DNA of 64,000 nucleotides from Lactobacillaceae bacterium (GTDB lineage Bacteria; Bacillota; Bacilli; Lactobacillales; Lactobacillaceae): NCBI GenBank assembly GCA_031289015.1, contig JAITQG010000072.1, positions 6,846 to 70,845 of the forward strand, read 5' to 3'. Shown piece by piece: positions 57,972 to 64,000 of this stretch (position 1 is its first letter; each line of letters starts with the position of its first letter). The notes under the pieces were generated by a model. It saw only the letters and a program-made list of their open reading frames with translations, ran no database searches and was not told where the DNA came from. The position numbers and the translations under genes were made by a program.

Positions 57972-59027
57972 TTAAATATTAGGCAATGACAAATCTTGAT
58001 CTGAGATCCACTTTAATTTGTCCATGAATAACCATTTAGAAAACATGGCTACTCCCGTTAAAATCGGCACATAGGCCATGATAATCCGCATAACGCCACC
58101 AACGCCCGGCGTCACGTCAAAGGCCGTTAATGGCCCCACTAAGCCAGCGGTACCAAACCCAGCCGAATGCACGGTTCCAGTAATCCCTAAGAACGCTCCG
58201 ACACCACCCATGATGCCCGCCGACAAAATAATTGGCGCGTATAGACGGGGCTGAATCAAAAGGTTCGTCATTTGCAACTTGGGTGAGCCGATGAAAATAG
58301 CTAATGTGCCACCCCATGGATTAACTTTGGCGCCCATTAAAGCCAACGTCAACGCGGCACCAGCAATCCCTAAACTCGAAGCCCCAGAGCCAACCCCGGA
58401 CAGTCCAATTGCTGTAGCCACGCCCACTGACGAAATAGGTGACGTGATGATGATGGCAAATGCAATCCCCAACACGATGCCCATGAAAATTGGCGTGTAA
58501 CTTGTTGAAATATCCACCACGGCGCCAATAAAGTTTTGAATAAACAGCATAAATGGCAAGGTTGCTAGGCCAAAGCCCCCCACCATCAAAAGCATAATCG
58601 AGGGTAAGGTGACCGTTTTGAATTGACCCAGGTGGTCTTTAATCCAAATGGCAAACAACGCACCAAAATAGGTGACAAACATGACGTTTAAGATTGATCC
58701 GGTCCCGGCAATCACCAAGCCTTGCGAGGTCAATGACACCACGCCAGCCGAAGCAAAGGCCGCTGTGGCCAATGACGCGCCTTCAAGAATGCCCAACCCG
58801 ACAAAATAGGCCACAGCAAAAGCGGCAAAGACGGGAAATAAGCTTTGGGTGGCGGCCGTCATCATACTGATATTGGCCGTCCCAATATTTACGCCAAATA
58901 ACCGTAAAATTTGCCCAATAAACGCATCTGGTAGTACTGCCACCATCACGGCGATACTGTTCCCGTTTAAGACATTAATTGTAAATTTGGGGAAATCAAC
59001 AAATAAACTATCATCTTTTTGTTGCAT
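57972..59027 (-). CDS. Orphan PTS EIIC-like (PfoR-type) membrane protein
   Basis: IITSPISSVG, IGSPKLQM, AGFGTAGLVGP; no EIIA/EIIB gene nearby. Confidence 0.75.
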   Translation of the reverse strand: MQQKDDSLFVDFPKFTINVLNGNSIAVMVAVLPDAFIGQILRLFGVNIGTANISMMTAATQSLFPVFAAFAVAYFVGLGILEGASLATAAFASAGVVSLTSQGLVIAGTGSILNVMFVTYFGALFAIWIKDHLGQFKTVTLPSIMLLMVGGFGLATLPFMLFIQNFIGAVVDISTSYTPIFMGIVLGIAFAIIITSPISSVGVATAIGLSGVGSGASSLGIAGAALTLALMGAKVNPWGGTLAIFIGSPKLQMTNLLIQPRLYAPIILSAGIMGGVGAFLGITGTVHSAGFGTAGLVGPLTAFDVTPGVGGVMRIIMAYVPILTGVAMFSKWLFMDKLKWISDQDLSLPNI

Positions 59028-59054
59028 TGTTAAATACCCCCTTCAAATCAGTTT

Positions 59055-61469
59055 TTACAGGACAATGTTAACCATTTTTCCTGGAACAGCAATTAGTTTC
59101 TTTGGTTCTTGATCACCGATGAACTTTTGCACATTTTCTTCTGCCAAAGCCAAAGCAATCATGGTCTCTTTATCAGCGTCAATCGCAATTGTCACCCGAC
59201 CACGGAGCTTGCCGTTGACTTGCACGGGAATTTCCACTGTATCATCAACCAAAACCGTTTCATCATACGTTGGCCATTGGGTATCAGACACGGATTGATC
59301 CTTGTTAAAGAAGCTCCAGAGCTCTTCACCCATGTGCGGTGCAACTGGGTACAATAACTTGATGAACCCTTCGATGTATTCGGCTGGCAAAGCTTCAACC
59401 TTGTACGCTTCGTTGATAAAGATCATCATTTGTGAAATGGCCGTATTGAAGCGCAAGTTAGCGAAATCTTCAGAGACCTTCTTGACCGTCTCGTTGTACG
59501 CTTTGTCCAACTTGTGATCATTGATGGTCGTGATGTGATCACGCAACTTGTTGTCATCATCAACAATCAAGCGCCAAACTCGGTCCAACCAACGGCGCGA
59601 ACCTGACAAACCATCAGCAGACCACGCGATTGATTGATCCAATGGACCCATAAACATTTCGTAGACACGCAATGTATCAGCCCCAAATTCTTCGACAACT
59701 TCATCCGGGTTAACCACGTTGCCCTTTGACTTAGACATCTTTTCGTGATTTTCCCCCAAAATCATTCCTTGGTTAGCTAACTTTTGGAATGGTTCCTTGG
59801 TGGTTACTACGCCCAAATCATACAAGACTTTGTGCCAGAAACGCGCATACAATAAATGCAAAACCGCGTGTTCAGCGCCACCGATATACAAATCAACATT
59901 TGACCAGTAGGCTTCAACATCCGGGTCAACCATCATCTTGTCATTGTGGGGATCCATGTAACGCAAGTAATACCATGATGAACCCGCCCATTGTGGCATC
60001 GTGTTCGTTTCACGCTTACCATGGCGCCCATCTTTATCCGTCACATTAATCCAGTCAGTGGCATTAACCAATGGTGATTCACCAGTTCCAGATGGTACGA
60101 TATTATCAATTTGTGGCAACAACAAAGGTAATTCGTCCTTTGGTACTAATGACTTAGTCCCATCATCCCAGTTGATTACAGGAATTGGTTCACCCCAATA
60201 ACGTTGGCGTGAGAAAATCCAATCCCGTAAGCGATAGTTAACTTGCTTGTGCCCAACGCCCTTGTTTTCCAAGAAATCGATGGCCGCAACAATGCCGTCT
60301 TGCTTCCCCAACCCATTGAGGAAATCAGAATTGATATGTTCACCTTCACCAGTGAACGCTTCAACTTCAATATCCCCACCAGCCAACACTTGGCGGATTG
60401 GCAAAGCGTACTTCTTAGCAAAGTCATAATCGCGTTGGTCATGGGCTGGCACGGCCATGATGGCTCCAGTTCCATATGATGCCAACACGTAATCACCAAT
60501 CCAAATTGGCAATTCTTCACCATTGATTGGGTTGATTGCATATGCCCCGGTAAAGACCCCTGACTTGTCTTTGTTCAAATCAGTACGTTCCAAGTCAGAC
60601 TTTGAGGCGATCGCTTTTTTGAAGGCTGCAACGTCGGCTTGTTGCTCGGGCGTCACCAATTTTTCAACTAATTCATGTTCTGGTGCCAACACGAGGTAAG
60701 TAGCCCCAAATAATGTGTCCGCACGCGTCGTGAAGACCTCAATTTCAGCATCCGCACCAACGGCCTTGAAAGTAACCGCTGCACCAAGTGAGCGGCCAAT
60801 CCAGTTGCGTTGTTGCTCTTTAATCGCATCCGGCCAATCCAAATCATCTAAATCTTCTAACAAACGATCTGCATACGCCGTAATCTTCAAGACCCATTGG
60901 CGCATTGGGACGCGGAAAACAGGGTAACCCCCACGTTCGGTCTTACCATCAATAATTTCTTCGTTGGCCACCACAGTCCCACCGTTATAATCAGGGGCCC
61001 AGTTAACCATCAATTCATCTTCATACGCGAGCCCTTGCTTATACAATTGCTCAAAAATCCATTGCGTCCACTTGTAGTACTTAGGATCAGTCGTATTAAC
61101 TTCGCGTGACCAGTCATATGACAAGCCCAAAGCGCGCATTTGCCGACGGAAGTTCTTCACGTTAACCGCAGTAACTTCCTTGGGATCAGACCCTGTTTTA
61201 ATTGCATAATCTTCAGTTGGCAACCCAAACGCATCAAAGCCCATGGGATGCAACACATTAAAGCCTTGCATCCGCTTCATGCGGGCAACGATATCAGTAG
61301 CTGTATAGCCTTCTGGATGTCCAACGTGAAGCCCTTGACCAGATGGGAAGGGGAACATATCCAACACATAATACTTTGGCTTAGTCGTTTCATTAGTTGT
61401 TTTAAACGTCTGGTGTTCATCCCAGTAGTGTTGCCATTTCTTCTCAACGTCTTTGTGTTGATATGCCAT
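59055..61469 (-). CDS. leuS: Leucine--tRNA ligase
   Basis: [23 protein letters not shown]. Confidence 0.99.
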   Translation of the reverse strand: MAYQHKDVEKKWQHYWDEHQTFKTTNETTKPKYYVLDMFPFPSGQGLHVGHPEGYTATDIVARMKRMQGFNVLHPMGFDAFGLPTEDYAIKTGSDPKEVTAVNVKNFRRQMRALGLSYDWSREVNTTDPKYYKWTQWIFEQLYKQGLAYEDELMVNWAPDYNGGTVVANEEIIDGKTERGGYPVFRVPMRQWVLKITAYADRLLEDLDDLDWPDAIKEQQRNWIGRSLGAAVTFKAVGADAEIEVFTTRADTLFGATYLVLAPEHELVEKLVTPEQQADVAAFKKAIASKSDLERTDLNKDKSGVFTGAYAINPINGEELPIWIGDYVLASYGTGAIMAVPAHDQRDYDFAKKYALPIRQVLAGGDIEVEAFTGEGEHINSDFLNGLGKQDGIVAAIDFLENKGVGHKQVNYRLRDWIFSRQRYWGEPIPVINWDDGTKSLVPKDELPLLLPQIDNIVPSGTGESPLVNATDWINVTDKDGRHGKRETNTMPQWAGSSWYYLRYMDPHNDKMMVDPDVEAYWSNVDLYIGGAEHAVLHLLYARFWHKVLYDLGVVTTKEPFQKLANQGMILGENHEKMSKSKGNVVNPDEVVEEFGADTLRVYEMFMGPLDQSIAWSADGLSGSRRWLDRVWRLIVDDDNKLRDHITTINDHKLDKAYNETVKKVSEDFANLRFNTAISQMMIFINEAYKVEALPAEYIEGFIKLLYPVAPHMGEELWSFFNKDQSVSDTQWPTYDETVLVDDTVEIPVQVNGKLRGRVTIAIDADKETMIALALAEENVQKFIGDQEPKKLIAVPGKMVNIVL

Positions 61470-61652
61470 AATTTTTCTACCTCATCAATGTATGTTTGCA
61501 TCGTGGCAAACATCGCTTCTAATTGTTAAAATTTTATCAGAAATCAGCCCCTGATACAATGAATGTTTGGTTACATCTGTAGATAACGCCTAAATCAACA
61601 GCCCAAACTATGGTAAAATAATTCTATTATGCACATGTAAAAAGGAGCCCCC

Positions 61653-62327
61653 ATGTCAACTGGTGGAATGCGAAAATTTGATTTCTTTCAACTAATCATT
61701 GCTTTAGTCGGATTAGGTGTTTTTGTGTTGCTTATGTTGGGGGTGCTCTTTCACCTTCCCTACATCCACTTGATTGACAACTTTGGCTTACATGTCATTC
61801 GCGAACCAGTCACCCCAGAACGGACATGGTTTTTCAAAAATATCACGCGCGCTGGTAATACCGCCTGGACTTTTCTCGTCATGTTAATGGCTGTCATCAT
61901 TGCTGTCGCCGTTAAGAAATTTGATATCGCCGTCTTTATGTTCGTCAACGTCGGTATCTTCGCGTTGGGCTCAATGGCTGGCTTAAAACACATTTTCTCA
62001 CGTCCACGCCCAAGCATTGAACATTTGATTCACGTGACTGGTTATTCTTTCCCATCCGGCCACGCGCTTAATTCGATTTTGCTCTACGGCTCATTAATTG
62101 TGTTGGTGCATTATTATGTCACTAATTTGTATCTGCGCTATGCTTTCATGACGCTTTTGGCCACATTAATCATCGCCATCCCCCTCAGCCGGGTTTATCT
62201 AGGTGTGCATTATCTCACTGATGTCATGGCCGGCTTTAGTTTAGGCCTATTTTGTCTGATTATGTCAAAAGAATTGATTTTTAAATATCGAACTCGGGAG
62301 TTATTTGAACATGAAGAAAACGCATAA
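61653..62327 (+). CDS. PAP2-family membrane phosphatase
   Basis: K..F.RPRP, SFPSGH, SRVYLGVHY. Confidence 0.93.
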   Translation: MSTGGMRKFDFFQLIIALVGLGVFVLLMLGVLFHLPYIHLIDNFGLHVIREPVTPERTWFFKNITRAGNTAWTFLVMLMAVIIAVAVKKFDIAVFMFVNVGIFALGSMAGLKHIFSRPRPSIEHLIHVTGYSFPSGHALNSILLYGSLIVLVHYYVTNLYLRYAFMTLLATLIIAIPLSRVYLGVHYLTDVMAGFSLGLFCLIMSKELIFKYRTRELFEHEENA

Positions 62328-62826
62328 TTTAGCACAAGTCGCAATTGATGAAATTTTACATGTGGGCGATACCGTGGTGGATGCCACGATTAAAAATGGT
62401 GATGCATCACGCTTCTTAGCTAGTCGCGTCGGGGATGGCGGACATGTCATGGCTTTCTCGCCTGATAAGACCGAAATCGATGCCATGGCAACTTCGCTCT
62501 TCTTGAGTGGCTTAACTGCTCGCGTGGAACCAATCGAAAAAGCCTTTACTGAGATTCCCAGCTATCTTGATCCCAGTGAACCAGTCGCTGTCTTCTTATT
62601 CCAGACTGATGCTCAGATGGATGGTGCCAGTGTTGTCCAGACGATTAAACAATTAATGTTGTATCTACGGACACACGGTTTGATTGTCTTGGACGGCTTA
62701 AAGGCCCACGCTGCGATGCAAGCGGTATTGACCTATGCCCAAACCTTAAGCGATGAAAACTACGATGTGCGTTTGTTTGACGATTTGTTGTCAGGTGAAC
62801 AAGCCCTATTAATTCAACGCCAATAA
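62305..62826 (+). CDS. YtqB-like class I SAM methyltransferase homolog, degenerate motif I
   Basis: GDTVVDATIKNG..FLA..VG..GHVMAF. Confidence 0.7.
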   Translation: MNMKKTHNLAQVAIDEILHVGDTVVDATIKNGDASRFLASRVGDGGHVMAFSPDKTEIDAMATSLFLSGLTARVEPIEKAFTEIPSYLDPSEPVAVFLFQTDAQMDGASVVQTIKQLMLYLRTHGLIVLDGLKAHAAMQAVLTYAQTLSDENYDVRLFDDLLSGEQALLIQRQ

Positions 62827-62829
62827 CAC

Positions 62830-62863
62830 AAAAAGCACGGCCCAAATGCGAGCCGTGCTTTTT
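62830..62863. terminator. Bidirectional terminator
   Basis: AAAAAGCACGGC..GCCGTGCTTTTT. Confidence 0.8.
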
Positions 62864-62892
62864 CAATACTTACCCTGAACGGCTCGTATTTA

Positions 62893-63999
62893 TTAATCCC
62901 AATAAGATGAATCTAGATATGACATAGCAAACAATTCATAATGGCCCATCCCACAGAATTGAATGGTTGCCCAAATACCATTGATTTTAACCCAATGACG
63001 CTGGTTTTCATCGTTAGGATTTGGTTGCATAATTTTGAAATCATCAAATGGATTTTCTGAACCAGCAAGTGTAAAGTTCAGATCATTTAATTGAATCCAA
63101 CCTTCCAAACTTTGATTTTCAGCCTTCAACGCAACATTATAAGACTTACCTTCATATTCAAGCTTGTAGGTATTATCATGATCAACTGTGTCCTCCCACT
63201 TATCTGGATTGAAGCCGTGTAATGAGTGCAATCCCATTGGCTTATATCCAAGCAAAGAGGTCGCTTTCAAATGGTGAATTGACCAATCGTCTTCTTTTTT
63301 GTTCTGGCCGATAACACTATAATATCCATCCGCACCCATTACCGCTGAATTTTGATAAATAACCTTTTTAACGCGATCATACATCATCAATTGAGTTTTA
63401 CGTGTGGCTTCATCTTTATGGATAATCAGATCTTCAGTCGGCCGTAAGTTAGGGTTTGTTGTCAAACGATCTTTTGCATCAACATAAGAAGAGTCAGGGA
63501 TTGGATGTCCAAAACAAGCATTCCCGTGATAGGCCTTGAAAATCTTTACCACATAGTCATCCTTAGTCAACTTATATGGTCGTTCAATTGAACGTACGTC
63601 AGCAGCTGATTGAGGCGTAACATTTCCATTAGCATCAGTCTTCATCACTGTACCAACTGTATTACCGGCATAATCGCCTGTGAAAGAGTAAACAAAATTA
63701 TAATCTTTATAGAGACGTGCGGCAGCTAATTCAGACGTTGTTATGGCAAAATCAAAATGTTGTTGTCCACGCAAAGCTTGCCCATTATTCAGTTCTCCAA
63801 CCGTTCGCTTAATTGGCCTTCCACCTGCAGTATTAATTCCAAATAAGAGTGGCTTATCAGCTGACAAACCAGACGTTTCTTCTTTAGCATCCAAACTAAT
63901 ATGATATTGTTGGTCAGCTTTGTTGAATTGTAACTTCAAGTTTGTAATCTGTGGGGCAACTCGATCAATTCGTGCCTTCAAAGTAGCCGTTTGAGCCTT
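62893..63999 (-). CDS. C-terminal part of a large hypothetical protein (start lies beyond the window)
   Basis: Frame open to window edge (KAQTATLKARIDRVAP...); AT-rich. Confidence 0.75.
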   Translation of the reverse strand, partial: KAQTATLKARIDRVAPQITNLKLQFNKADQQYHISLDAKEETSGLSADKPLLFGINTAGGRPIKRTVGELNNGQALRGQQHFDFAITTSELAAARLYKDYNFVYSFTGDYAGNTVGTVMKTDANGNVTPQSAADVRSIERPYKLTKDDYVVKIFKAYHGNACFGHPIPDSSYVDAKDRLTTNPNLRPTEDLIIHKDEATRKTQLMMYDRVKKVIYQNSAVMGADGYYSVIGQNKKEDDWSIHHLKATSLLGYKPMGLHSLHGFNPDKWEDTVDHDNTYKLEYEGKSYNVALKAENQSLEGWIQLNDLNFTLAGSENPFDDFKIMQPNPNDENQRHWVKINGIWATIQFCGMGHYELFAMSYLDSSYWD

Positions 64000-64000
64000 G

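Noticed and set aside
390-62866. Numerous 60-220 aa ORFs in the track overlapping core genes on the opposite strand or another frame (e.g. 25937-26608, 16122-16496, 61140-61529)
   Set aside because: They are shadow ORFs without RBS or protein-like composition, fully nested in well-supported genes.

Overview
This is a chromosomal window from a heterofermentative lactic acid bacterium. Gene content and TTG-rich codon usage suggest Weissella or a close Lactobacillaceae relative (inference). Most of it is core genome: pyrG (partial) with its attenuator, rpoE, walRK-yycHIJ-htrA, rpsF-ssb-rpsR, purR-glmU-prs, glpK, zwf, addBA, a tRNA cluster, a TagE/GtfA-like glycosyltransferase pair, lctP, sdaAB/AA, pepV, gnd, corA, murJ and leuS. 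Several accessory or unexplained pieces stand out. (1) A ~2400-aa LRR + mucin-binding-repeat surface protein has no LPxTG motif, only a Gly-rich C-terminal membrane anchor, and appears co-transcribed with an intact rhomboid protease; this is a candidate rhomboid-based anchoring or shedding system in a Gram-positive. (2) An AT-rich two-gene cassette encodes a secreted pre-pro-protein with a Trp/Gly-rich cationic C-terminal domain plus a translationally coupled small membrane protein, a candidate toxin/immunity pair. (3) A decayed integrative remnant with a truncated zeta-toxin-like gene lies between 67-bp direct repeats next to two identical tRNA-Leu(CAA) genes. (4) A ~150-bp REPIN-like palindromic element follows the gnd promoter region. 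(5) An unannotated 46-aa gene has its own promoter, RBS and terminator. (6) A structured non-coding segment lies downstream of htrA. No CRISPR array, rRNA or intact transposase/integrase was seen.
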